Source: an uncultured Actinomycetota bacterium
GTDB lineage: Bacteria; Actinomycetota; Actinomycetes; Mycobacteriales; Mycobacteriaceae
Length of the DNA stretch: 64,000 nucleotides
Direction: 5' to 3'
Assembly: GCA_963782405.1 (NCBI GenBank)
Contig: CAWAJX010000012.1
Location: forward strand, 103,794 to 167,793
Below, in pieces: positions 1 through 9,205 of this stretch. How positions within the stretch are numbered: position 1 is the stretch's first letter; every line of letters starts with the position of its first letter. The notes under the pieces were generated by a model. The model worked only from the letters and a program-made list of their open reading frames with translations. It was not told the origin of the DNA and did no database searches. The translations under genes and the position numbers were made by a program.

Positions 1-72
1 ACCCGGCCGGACGCCGCCGTCCAGGCACATCCGCGTGAGACGACTCACCCAGCGACCGTCAGGTTCGCGTGA

Positions 73-618
73 TCACAGGATCTCCAGCTCGGCCTCGCGC
101 AGATCCTGGGGAAATACGAAGCGCCGCAACGCCCAGAAGCGGAACGCCATCGCCAGCAGCACACCCAGGATCTGCCCGGTCACGAAATTAGACACAGCCT
201 GCGCGAACGAGCTCACCTGCGGTACCCGGATATCGAAGACGTACAGCGCCACGGCCTGCGGAATCACCGTCACTCCCACCGCCAGCGCGCTCACCGCGAA
301 GAACAGCGCCGCCTCATGGCTGCGCTGCCGGCCACCGCGAGTGTTGAACGACCACTCGCGATTGAGGACATAGGACACGATCGTGGCCATCAGCACGCCG
401 AACGCGCGCGCGGTCAGCGGCTTGTCCTGCAGCACCGTCAACTTCAGCGTGTACACCACCCCGGTGTCCACGAACCACGTGATCGCGCCGACGACGGCGA
501 ATTTCATCAGCTCCCGATGCGCGAGCAGAAACGTCCGCCAGCGCTCGGGCAGCCGGTCCAGTCCAACCTGCACCAACGACACGCAATCCACCCTAACCGC
601 GCCGCGCACATGCGGCAT
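73..618 (-). CDS. GtrA-family membrane protein (flippase-like)
   Basis: RELMKFAVVGAITWFVDTGV ... SYVLNREWSF ... FRFWALRRFVF pattern with 4 hydrophobic helices; start uncertain (ORF open to 660). Confidence 0.85.
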   Translation of the reverse strand: MPHVRGAVRVDCVSLVQVGLDRLPERWRTFLLAHRELMKFAVVGAITWFVDTGVVYTLKLTVLQDKPLTARAFGVLMATIVSYVLNREWSFNTRGGRQRSHEAALFFAVSALAVGVTVIPQAVALYVFDIRVPQVSSFAQAVSNFVTGQILGVLLAMAFRFWALRRFVFPQDLREAELEIL

Positions 619-683
619 CCGCACCACGGCCATGACCTCACGGGTAATCGTGTGGCCCACGTCCCACGCCTACCATCGGGCAG

Positions 684-1484
684 GTGCCCACCCACACCGC
701 CGGGGATCTACTGCGCCACTGGCGCCGCACCCGCCGCCTGAGCCAGCTCGAACTCGCCGGCCGCGCGGAGACCTCGACCCGCCACCTGAGCTTCGTGGAA
801 ACCGGCCGCTCCACACCCAGCCGGCAGTTCATCCTGCATCTGAGCGAGGAGCTGGAAATCCCGCTGCGCGAACGCAACCGGATGCTGCTGGCCGCCGGAT
901 ACGCGCCCGTATACGCCGAACCCGCATTGGACACCCCCGCCATGGCTCCCGTCCGCACCGCGATCCGGCAGATCCTCACCGGTTACGAGCCGTATCCCGC
1001 ACTCGCCGTGGATGCCCAGTGGAATATGGTCGACGCCAATTCCGGTGTCGCCCTGTTCCTCGACGGCATCCCCGCCGATCTGCTCACTCCGCCGGTCAAC
1101 GCGTTGCGCCTGAGCCTGCACCCGGCAGGACTCGCCCCGCGCATCGCCAACCTCGCCGAATGGCGCGGCCACCTCTTCGAACGCGTCGAACGCCAGATCG
1201 ACGCCACCGGCTCCGCCGACCTGGCCGCACTGCGCGCCGAACTGCTCACCTATCCCGGCGGCCGCGACGATCCGGGACTGCCCGAACCCGATCAGGCCGT
1301 GGTACCGCTGCGCCTGCGCCACCACGACCCCGACCGCGGCGCCGTCGAACTCGAATTCATCAGCACCATGACGATCTTCGGCAGTCCCATGAACGTCACC
1401 GTCGCCGAACTGGCCATCGAATCGTTCCTGCCGGCGAGCCCCGCCACCGCCGAATTCCTGCGCCGCCGTTCACATATCGAGTAG
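684..1484 (+). CDS. XRE-family HTH regulator with MmyB-like ligand-binding domain
   Basis: GDLLRHWRRTRRLSQLELA...RHLSFVETGRS HTH; C-terminal LAIESFLPA motif. Confidence 0.9.
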   Translation: MPTHTAGDLLRHWRRTRRLSQLELAGRAETSTRHLSFVETGRSTPSRQFILHLSEELEIPLRERNRMLLAAGYAPVYAEPALDTPAMAPVRTAIRQILTGYEPYPALAVDAQWNMVDANSGVALFLDGIPADLLTPPVNALRLSLHPAGLAPRIANLAEWRGHLFERVERQIDATGSADLAALRAELLTYPGGRDDPGLPEPDQAVVPLRLRHHDPDRGAVELEFISTMTIFGSPMNVTVAELAIESFLPASPATAEFLRRRSHIE

Positions 1485-3236
1485 GTGGGGCAGTCCGGCC
1501 CGATAGCGGTCGGCGTCGATCCGTTTCAACGGCTCGAGTTCGGCCGGCGCGTACATCGGGAACACCGCCGCACGCGGGGCGTTGTCACCGGCCGCGTCCA
1601 GCACCCCGTTGGCGGCCTTGCGTCCCGACTCGCACGCACCCTCCATGGTCGCCAGATCAATGCCGGTGCGCACATGGTCACCGGCGAGGAACAGGTTGCC
1701 GATCGCCGAATGCGCCTCCGGCCGGTGATCCCAGGAGCCGACCGTATTCACCAGCAGGGGAGTGTCGTTGCGATTGCCGCCCTCCTCGAAATGCACACCC
1801 GGATCGACGAACCATGACTGCAGATCCTCATCGCGCAACCACCCGGTGCCGGTGTTGAGCCAGCGTTTCAACTGCGCCCAGACCTCCTGCACCACTTCGT
1901 CCTTCGAACACTGCTTGGCCGGTTTGCCGAACAGGATGCCGGGCGTGTCCCAATCCGACACGTCCGCCGACAAGCACTCCACCACGGACCCGTCGCCGTA
2001 GCGGGCCGCGAAGTCGCCCCGCCACATCGGTGCCTGCCGCAGCGCCGTGATCGCCCACGGTGAACCGAACGCCGCGATGTGGCCCTCCGGAACACCGGTG
2101 TGCTGACGCAGATAGAACTGCACACCCACCATCCAGTCCATCACCAGTTCGCGCAGGCCCGCCAGTGCCGGGTCCGCGGTGAGTACCGCGTCGTCGAGAA
2201 TCGTGGCGGCACGATCCGCGGGCATCGCGCACACATACCAGTCCGCCCGCACCGCACGCCCGCCCGCATTCGCGCCGGTGATCCGGTCACCGGACACCCG
2301 CAGACCGGTCAATGCCGCACCGTTCACGAACTGCACTCCCCGGCTCGACAGATAGTCGACCCACGGGTCGATCCACACCTCGCTGGTGGGCCCGTTCAGA
2401 ATCCGGTCCACTCCACCGTTGTACGGCCCGACTCCCGCGCCCGCGAGAACCAGTGCCTCTCCGATGGTTCCGATGGTGCGTGCCGAACTGGTCTCCGACT
2501 TCGCGGCCACCGTGATCCGGGTGAGCGCGCGCGCCAGATACTCCCGGTACGCGGGCGATTTCCCGTCGGCGCGCACCGCGTCCATCCACGACCGGTATTC
2601 CCACTCGCCGAACCGGCGCTCGGTGCAGGTGGTGAACCACATCAGCATCCGGTCCCCGAAGAACGCGAGCTCCTGGGGTGGCAGCTGCGGAATGAATCCG
2701 AGTCCCGCGACGAGCGAGTTGCGGATGCGGTCGGGATCGAGCTGCGAAAGCCCGGCCACCTCGGTCGGTACCGTCACCGGGGGCAGATCCGGGAATCCGG
2801 CCACCGTCGACTCGACCCGGGTCAGATTGCCCGCGACCCCGTTCGCATTGCCCGGGAAGGGAATTCGAGCCATCGTGTCCGGGACGTGCTGGTAGCACCC
2901 GGGGAAGAACCGGAACCCGTGCTCACCCGGCAGATCCGCGCGCCCACCCGCCGCGGTACCGGGCACACTCATACTGCGGGCCTTGCCGCCCAGCGCGGTG
3001 GGTTCGTACACCGTCACCTCGTATCCGCGTTCGGAGAGCTCGTGCGCCGCGGTCAAACCCGACACGCCCCCGCCGAATACGGCCACACTCCGCCCCGGTG
3101 CCGCCTGTCTGCGTACCGGATTCGCCTGCGCCCCCGGGGCCCACACGCTCCCGGCCGCCAAGGCCACACCCGCCACCGCCGCACCCCGCAGCAGCTTCCG
3201 CCTCCCGAACACACCCGCACCGTTGCGACCGGTCAT
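1470..3236 (-). CDS. Tat-signal FAD-dependent oxidoreductase (phytoene desaturase/HpnE-like amine oxidase fold)
   Basis: GRRKLL twin-arginine leader; VAVFGGGVSGLTAAHEL dinucleotide motif; GEHGFRFFPG; NLFLAGDHV...ATMEGACESG. Start trimmed to ATG 3236. Confidence 0.8.
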   Translation of the reverse strand: MTGRNGAGVFGRRKLLRGAAVAGVALAAGSVWAPGAQANPVRRQAAPGRSVAVFGGGVSGLTAAHELSERGYEVTVYEPTALGGKARSMSVPGTAAGGRADLPGEHGFRFFPGCYQHVPDTMARIPFPGNANGVAGNLTRVESTVAGFPDLPPVTVPTEVAGLSQLDPDRIRNSLVAGLGFIPQLPPQELAFFGDRMLMWFTTCTERRFGEWEYRSWMDAVRADGKSPAYREYLARALTRITVAAKSETSSARTIGTIGEALVLAGAGVGPYNGGVDRILNGPTSEVWIDPWVDYLSSRGVQFVNGAALTGLRVSGDRITGANAGGRAVRADWYVCAMPADRAATILDDAVLTADPALAGLRELVMDWMVGVQFYLRQHTGVPEGHIAAFGSPWAITALRQAPMWRGDFAARYGDGSVVECLSADVSDWDTPGILFGKPAKQCSKDEVVQEVWAQLKRWLNTGTGWLRDEDLQSWFVDPGVHFEEGGNRNDTPLLVNTVGSWDHRPEAHSAIGNLFLAGDHVRTGIDLATMEGACESGRKAANGVLDAAGDNAPRAAVFPMYAPAELEPLKRIDADRYRAGLPHLLDM

Positions 3237-3340
3237 TTTCATTCCTCGATTCAGCGAACGGGATCGGCCCTGCGTCGATCCCGGAGATCGAATTACTCTG
3301 TCCCCCAATAGGTCCCGATCCAGTTCGGCACCGAGTCCGA

Positions 3341-4822
3341 CTACTTGGATGCGGCCGGCACCCACCGCGTGACGGTGGCCTCCCAGCGTGCGAGGCGCCG
3401 CTCCCGCCAGTCCGACGCGTTGTCGCGGATCTCTTGCAGAAGCGTGCCCGCCACCGAGGCGGGAGGTGAATGGCGCAGCGCCTGTACCGCGAATCTGGCG
3501 GCCCGGGCCGGTGTGAGCAGTTCATCCGGCGTCCGTGCCCGGGTCATCACATCCAGTGCGAGCGCCGCCAGCTCCGGATCGGTGGATCCGGTCCGGTACA
3601 TCTGCACCTCGAGCGGCGTCATCTCCGTCCCGCGGGCGAGCCGGTTTGTCCACTGATACATCGGCAGGCATTCACGCTCGCGCCGTCGTTCCCAGTGCGA
3701 CACCGCCCGATCCAGTGCGGCGGTGTCGTCGAGAACCGGTGCGGCGTACTCGCCGAGCAACCGTCCGTAACGCATCGCATCGCGCATACCCTGCGCGGTC
3801 ACCGGATCCTTGAAATGGCCGGCGTCACCGGGCAGCGCCCACCCCGCACCGCTGGAACGCCGGAAGTACGAGACGACATCGGTGGCCGAACGCACCCGTC
3901 CGAGCAGCTCGCATCCCTCCAGCCGTGCCGCGAGATCCGGTATGCCGGCGATCATGTCCCGATAGCGCCGCTCGGTATCGCGACCGGTCCGCAGACCGCC
4001 CCGCACCGGAGGCTGGATCAGCGACAGCACCGCACCGTTCTCGCACGGAAAGGCGGTACCCAGTAGTTCGCCGTCCCGCCACTGCGCCGCGATATCCCGC
4101 CATTCCGGACGTCCGTCGCGCCAATAGGCGAAGTAGCAGGCCCGCCCGCTCGGCTTGGCCCGGTACGGGTCCAGAGCGCCGGTGAGACGTGCCACGGTCG
4201 AGCGGCGACCGTCGGCGCCCACCACCAGCCGAGCCCGGATCTCGTGCGTCGCGCCCGCGCGATCCACCGCCCGCACGCCGGCGACCCGGCCGCCGTCGCG
4301 TATCAGCTCGGTCACCCGCATCGACTCGCGCACGGTGGCACCGGCCGCCCGGGCGGTGGCCACCAACGCCGCGTCGAATCCGGTGCGGCGCACGCACATC
4401 GCGTAGTCGATGCCCCCGACCGCGGTGAACGGTGCCCGCACGACCTGACCCGAACCCGCGGCGTACGCGACCCGCAGGGGCGGAGCGCCCAGTCCGCGCA
4501 CCCGTTCCAGGGCGCCCAGGGCGGCCACCTCGGCGACTCCGGCCGGCCACAGCAAGTGCGTGGACAGCGTGTCGGAGGGAAAGTGCGCGGAGTCGAGTAC
4601 CACCACCCGCCGGCCGGCCCGTGCGAACGCGATGGCGGCGGCCGACCCCGCGCAGCGTGCGCCGACCACCACGACGTCTGCGAATTCCCGCTCCGGACAG
4701 TTCGTTTCGCCGGATGTCACCGGGCTCGCGACATCGTCACGATCTGCGCGTGCGCCCTGCGGTGACGTCGTACCAGCGTTCGGATCCACCGGTGGAAGTT
4801 CGGCGGGGTCATCGTTGGGCAT
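3341..4822 (-). CDS. FAD-dependent oxidoreductase/monooxygenase (geranylgeranyl-reductase-like)
   Basis: DVVVVGARCAGS, LVVGADGRRS and WALPGDAGHFKDPVTAQGMRDA motifs; start uncertain. Confidence 0.85.
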   Translation of the reverse strand: MPNDDPAELPPVDPNAGTTSPQGARADRDDVASPVTSGETNCPEREFADVVVVGARCAGSAAAIAFARAGRRVVVLDSAHFPSDTLSTHLLWPAGVAEVAALGALERVRGLGAPPLRVAYAAGSGQVVRAPFTAVGGIDYAMCVRRTGFDAALVATARAAGATVRESMRVTELIRDGGRVAGVRAVDRAGATHEIRARLVVGADGRRSTVARLTGALDPYRAKPSGRACYFAYWRDGRPEWRDIAAQWRDGELLGTAFPCENGAVLSLIQPPVRGGLRTGRDTERRYRDMIAGIPDLAARLEGCELLGRVRSATDVVSYFRRSSGAGWALPGDAGHFKDPVTAQGMRDAMRYGRLLGEYAAPVLDDTAALDRAVSHWERRRERECLPMYQWTNRLARGTEMTPLEVQMYRTGSTDPELAALALDVMTRARTPDELLTPARAARFAVQALRHSPPASVAGTLLQEIRDNASDWRERRLARWEATVTRWVPAASK

Positions 4823-4840
4823 CGGTGCCGCCTTACGGGT

Positions 4841-4863
4841 CACTATGTTCGGACACTATGTCC
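4841..4863. promoter_or_regulatory. Putative TetR operator
   Basis: Palindrome GGACA-CTA-TGTCC (4851-4863) plus direct repeat CACTATGT between the divergent monooxygenase and tetR genes. Confidence 0.45.
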
Positions 4864-5031
4864 TATTGAGAGAATGAGGTGACACGTCTCACATTGTCAA
4901 TGGATTGGCGAAATTACTGTGTGCATCGGATACCGGCCGCGCCGCAACGAGATTGCCGGAAATTTGCGAAGTGGCGCTTTGTGGCAGTTGCGGCACAATG
5001 TCGACATGGCCGTCCTCGACGAACGCCCGCT

Positions 5032-5661
5032 ATGTCCTCGCTGACGCGGCCGGGCTCCCGGTCCCGGCAACGCGATGAACGCCGCGACGCGGTGGAACGG
5101 CGGGTGCTGGCGGCCGTCGACCGTCTACTGGCCACCGGCGTGACGTATACCGAACTCCCGGTGGCGCGCATCGCCGCCGAGGCGGATATCGCCAGATCGA
5201 CGTTCTATCGCTACTTCCCGGACAAGAGCCGCCTGCTGATCCGGATGGCCGACCTGGCGACCGACGAGCAGTTCCGGACCGCCGAACTCTGGTGGGCCTC
5301 GGATCATCTCGACGGCGAGGACGGCGTCGTCGCCGCGATGCGACTGATGATCGCCGGAACACGTGCCCATCATCTCGTGCTGCGCGCGCTCACCGAAGTG
5401 GCCGGCTACGACCGCGATGTCGGCGAGTACTGGCGCGACCGGATCAGCCGTTTCACCGAGCTCGTCCGTGCCCGCCTGGACCGGGAGCGGGAACGGGGCC
5501 GGATCTCCGCCGGCACCGAGGTCGAGGCCACCGCGATCGCCCTCACCTGCATGGTCGAACGCGCCATCGACTTCACCTTCGCCATCGGCAATCCGGTGGA
5601 CGACGAGCAGCTCGCCCGCGCACTGGGGCACACGATCTGGCAGGCGGTGTACGCGGAGTGA
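5032..5661 (+). CDS. TetR/AcrR-family regulator
   Basis: VARIAAEADIARSTFYRYFPDK HTH; start set at ATG 5032. Confidence 0.9.
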   Translation: MSSLTRPGSRSRQRDERRDAVERRVLAAVDRLLATGVTYTELPVARIAAEADIARSTFYRYFPDKSRLLIRMADLATDEQFRTAELWWASDHLDGEDGVVAAMRLMIAGTRAHHLVLRALTEVAGYDRDVGEYWRDRISRFTELVRARLDRERERGRISAGTEVEATAIALTCMVERAIDFTFAIGNPVDDEQLARALGHTIWQAVYAE

Positions 5662-5690
5662 GTGGTGACCTCGCGGGATACCGTCGCAGC

Positions 5691-6077
5691 ATGGAGTTGC
5701 GCGGAATTCACCATGTGGCCGTGATCGCATCGGATTACGAGCGATCGAAGGCGTTCTACACCGGCGTGCTGGGACTGCGGGTGATAGCGGAGAACTATCG
5801 GGCCGAACGTCATTCCTGGAAGCTGGACCTGGCGCTGGCCGACGGCACCCAGGTCGAGTTGTTCTCCTTTCCCGATCCGCCGGCTCGGCCGTCGCGGCCG
5901 GAGGCTTGCGGGCTTCGGCATCTGGCATTCGCTGTCGACGATGTCGAGGCGGTGCTCGCGGAGTTGCGGGGGAGGGGAGTGGCCGTCGAGGAGATCCGAA
6001 TCGACGAGTTCACGGGTCGGCGATTCGCGTTCTTCGCCGATCCGGACGGTCTGCCGCTGGAGCTTTACGAGATGTGA
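5691..6077 (+). CDS. VOC/glyoxalase-family protein (YaeR/GloA2-like)
   Basis: IHHVAVIASDYERSKAFY ... SRPEACGLRHLAF ... FFADPDGLPLELYE. Confidence 0.9.
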   Translation: MELRGIHHVAVIASDYERSKAFYTGVLGLRVIAENYRAERHSWKLDLALADGTQVELFSFPDPPARPSRPEACGLRHLAFAVDDVEAVLAELRGRGVAVEEIRIDEFTGRRFAFFADPDGLPLELYEM

Positions 6078-6271
6078 TGGCGGTGGAGCAGCGCGATGCC
6101 GCGGACCGCGGCCGCAATTCAGTAGGAAATGGGAATATGCGTATCTGTGCATGTTACCGCGTATAAGTCGCGTCGCCGGTTGTCGACGAAACCGCCATTA
6201 CTACAAAACGCCCGGAGCGGGCCGGTGAGGGGTTGTCGAAAGACGGTGGGCGACTGCCATACGATGGCCGG

Positions 6272-6763
6272 ATGACCACAGTGTTGCTCAACACATCAGC
6301 AGGGGACATCACCCTCGAATTGGACGAGGCGAAGGCACCGCAGTCGGTTGCCAACTTCGTGGACTACGTCAAGTCCGGTCACTTCGACGGGACGATCTTC
6401 CACCGCGTGATTCCGGGTTTCATGGTGCAGGGCGGCGGCCTGACCGCCGATATGCAGCAGAAGCCGGCACCGAATCGGGTGCAGAACGAGGCCAAGAACG
6501 GGCTGCGCAACGACAAGTACACCGTTGCGATGGCGCGTACGTCGGATCCGCACTCGGCGAGTGCGCAGTTCTTCATCAATACCTCGAACAACGATTTCCT
6601 GAACTACCCGGGCCAGGACGGCTGGGGTTACGCGGTCTTCGGCCGGGTCGTGGACGGCAATGCCGTTGTCGACTCGATCGAGGGCGTGAAGACGGGATCG
6701 AAGTCCGGTCATCAGGATGTGCCGGTGGAGCCGATCACGATCGTGTCCGCACAGCTGGCCTGA
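6272..6763 (+). CDS. Cyclophilin-type peptidyl-prolyl cis-trans isomerase
   Basis: FHRVIPGFMVQGGG, AMARTSDPHSASAQFFIN and GYAVFGRV motifs. Confidence 0.95.
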   Translation: MTTVLLNTSAGDITLELDEAKAPQSVANFVDYVKSGHFDGTIFHRVIPGFMVQGGGLTADMQQKPAPNRVQNEAKNGLRNDKYTVAMARTSDPHSASAQFFINTSNNDFLNYPGQDGWGYAVFGRVVDGNAVVDSIEGVKTGSKSGHQDVPVEPITIVSAQLA

Positions 6764-6770
6764 GGGCCGT

Positions 6771-6829
6771 CACGACAACGCCCCGCGGTCCGGTTCCGAA
6801 TTCGGGACCGGCGGCGGGGCGTCGTCGTG
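6771..6829. terminator. Long hairpin between convergent genes (probable bidirectional terminator)
   Basis: CACGACAACGCCCCGC...GCGGGGCGTCGTCGTG outer stem plus CCGGTTCCGAA/TTCGGGACCGG inner stem. Confidence 0.6.
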
Positions 6830-6836
6830 TCCGGGG

Positions 6837-7544
6837 TCAGACGAGGCGGTGGCCGCCGTCGACGTGCAGGACGGTGCCGGTCATGAACTCGTTGTCGATG
6901 ACGGCGTGGAACGCGGCCGCGATATCGTCCGGTGCGCCGATCCGCCCGACGGGGAGTCGGTCGGCCATGGCAGCGAGTCGCTGGGTTTTGTCGGGGCCGG
7001 CGAAGTCGTCCCAGATCGGGGTATCGACCCAGCCCGGGGAGACGGCGTTGACGCGAGTCGGCGCCATTTCCAGGGCGAGTGCGCGGACGAGCCCCTCCAG
7101 GGCGGCGTTGGCGGTGGCGACCACGGAGCCACCCGCGGCGGGCCGATAGGCGGCGATGCCGGAGGTGACGGTGAGAGACCGTCGGATGCGACCGGTGCCG
7201 TGTTTGGCGACGAGCCAGGGGCCGAGGACCTTGACGTCGAGGACGCTGCGGGCGTCGCGGGTGGACAGGCCGGTGAGCGGGCCGTAGCCGTGGCGCATAT
7301 CGGCAGCGGTGACGACGACGTGGTCGATGTGCCCGACGTGGTCGAACAGTGCTGCGATGGAATCTTCTTCGGCGATATCGACGGGATGCGTGGTGAGTCG
7401 CTCGTGATCGAGCCGATCGGCGGCCGCGGTGAGGCCGTGCGGATCGCGGGCGGCGATGGTGACGGGACGGCCGGCGTGCAGGAGTCGCTGCGCGAGTGCG
7501 AAACCCATTCCGGAGCTGCCGCCGATGACGAGTGTGTGGGTCAT
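6837..7544 (-). CDS. Short-chain dehydrogenase/reductase
   Basis: TLVIGGSSGMG; RVNAVSPGWVDT; FMTGTVLHVDGG; start ATG 7544. Confidence 0.9.
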   Translation of the reverse strand: MTHTLVIGGSSGMGFALAQRLLHAGRPVTIAARDPHGLTAAADRLDHERLTTHPVDIAEEDSIAALFDHVGHIDHVVVTAADMRHGYGPLTGLSTRDARSVLDVKVLGPWLVAKHGTGRIRRSLTVTSGIAAYRPAAGGSVVATANAALEGLVRALALEMAPTRVNAVSPGWVDTPIWDDFAGPDKTQRLAAMADRLPVGRIGAPDDIAAAFHAVIDNEFMTGTVLHVDGGHRLV

Positions 7545-7645
7545 GGTTGCCACTCTCGGGCGCCGCGATGGTTTCGGGGAGGCCGGGTGCGGCCTGGTCC
7601 CGGCGGGGCTACCCGCCGCAGCGGGGAAGCGGGCAGACTGGAGGG

Positions 7646-8515
7646 GTGAGTGATCGTCGTGTGCTGGGGGACTTTCTGCGTGCGCGCCGTGCGCGGCTGC
7701 TGCCCTCTCAGGTGGGTCTGCCGGCGGGTGTGCGCCGACGGCAGACTTCGGGGTTGCGCCGGGAGGAGGTCGCGGTGCTGGCCGCTCTGAGCGTGGACTA
7801 CTACATCCGACTGGAGCAGGGGCGCGATCGCAATCCGAGTTCGGAGGTGTTGTCGGCGCTGGCGGCGGCGCTGTTGCTCGATGCCGACGAGACGGCGCAT
7901 CTGCGGCGGCTGGCGCGGTTGGCCGGTGGCTCGGCGCCGGCGGCGCCCACGGTGGGTGTGGCCGGGCGGGGACTGCGGTTGATGCTCGGATCTTTGCGTC
8001 CCACACCGGCCTTCGTGCTCGATCAGGTGAGCAATGTGCTGGCGGCGAATCCGGAGGGCTGGCGGCTGCTGTGGGGGATCGAGGAGTGGGAGCCGGTGCG
8101 GCGCAATCTGATTCGGTATGTGTTCACGCATCCGCAGGCGCGCACGGTGTTCGAGGATTGGACGGGGATGGCACGGGACTGTGTCGCGCATTTGCGGGTC
8201 GTGCAGGGGGAGGGCACCCATGGTGCCGCACTCGCGGCGCTGACCGATGAATTGTGCGCCGCGAGTGCGGAGTTCGACGAGTTGTGGGCGCATTACGAGG
8301 TGCGCACCAAGCGGGGGACGCGGCGGATGTTCCGGCATCCGGTGGTCGGCCGGATGGAGCTGACGTCGGAGATTTTGACCGCGCCGGACAGTCAGCGGCT
8401 GGTGGCGTTCCAGGCGGAGCCGGGTAGTCCGGATCGGGACGCGGTGACGTTGTTAGGGCTGATGGGTGATGACGTACCAGAGTGCGGCGAGAGTTCCGAT
8501 CACGAACAGCGGTGA
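7646..8515 (+). CDS. XRE/MmyB-like regulator divergent from the SDR
   Basis: LGDFLRARRARL...GLRREEVAVLAALSVDYYIRLEQGRDRNPS; HPVVGRMEL. Confidence 0.9.
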   Translation: MSDRRVLGDFLRARRARLLPSQVGLPAGVRRRQTSGLRREEVAVLAALSVDYYIRLEQGRDRNPSSEVLSALAAALLLDADETAHLRRLARLAGGSAPAAPTVGVAGRGLRLMLGSLRPTPAFVLDQVSNVLAANPEGWRLLWGIEEWEPVRRNLIRYVFTHPQARTVFEDWTGMARDCVAHLRVVQGEGTHGAALAALTDELCAASAEFDELWAHYEVRTKRGTRRMFRHPVVGRMELTSEILTAPDSQRLVAFQAEPGSPDRDAVTLLGLMGDDVPECGESSDHEQR

Positions 8516-9163
8516 CAGGATCCAGGTTTCGACCTTGTTGCCGGTGCGGTCGATGATCGGGATGCGGGTCCGGAAGCCGAGTGGCCAGAACAGCCGGCAG
8601 CCGCGGTCGGTGAGGCAGTCGCCGGCGAGATGGGCGAGGGAGCCGAGGCCGACGGAGAAGGGCAGCCAGGCGGGTTTGTCGGAGATCCATTGGTCCATGG
8701 CGAAGGTGCCGGCGCCGGCGAGGACGACGATAGTGGCGTAGGAGCGGAATCCTTCGCCGGGTGGGCACAGGTTGAGGGATCGGACGGCGAGGGCGAGCAG
8801 GAAGAATACGAGCGCGAGGGTGAACCAGCGGCCGATCCAGTGTTCGCCGGCCCAGGTGCCGTAGGCGATGGCGACGACGAAGGCCAGGGAGTGGGTGGCG
8901 TGGCGGTGCCCGCCGGATACCGTGGAGATGACTTTGCAGGCCGCGTGTGAAACCGGGCCCAGCACATGCGAAATGGTTCCGCTGGGATGGTCGGCGTCGG
9001 GGAGCAGGGCGGCGCCGGCGGTGAGGAATGTTCCCATCAGCAGGTCGACGGTGCCGAGATGGCCGATCTGTGCGGCGGGGAAGGTCAATATCGAAAGTGG
9101 TAGCGCGGCAGCGGCTCCCGCCCACGCGAGCGCACCACTGGTCGCATGTGAATGTCCTAGCAC
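8453..9163 (-). CDS. Membrane metal-dependent hydrolase (YdjM-like)
   Basis: GHSH, LLPDADHP, GHRHATHS and HLAGDCLT metal-ligand motifs; several TM segments. Confidence 0.85.
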   Translation of the reverse strand: MLGHSHATSGALAWAGAAAALPLSILTFPAAQIGHLGTVDLLMGTFLTAGAALLPDADHPSGTISHVLGPVSHAACKVISTVSGGHRHATHSLAFVVAIAYGTWAGEHWIGRWFTLALVFFLLALAVRSLNLCPPGEGFRSYATIVVLAGAGTFAMDQWISDKPAWLPFSVGLGSLAHLAGDCLTDRGCRLFWPLGFRTRIPIIDRTGNKVETWILSPLFVIGTLAALWYVITHQP

Positions 9164-9205
9164 CGCCTCGAGATTAGCCGATCTTGGTCGGATGACCGTA
9201 CTCGG

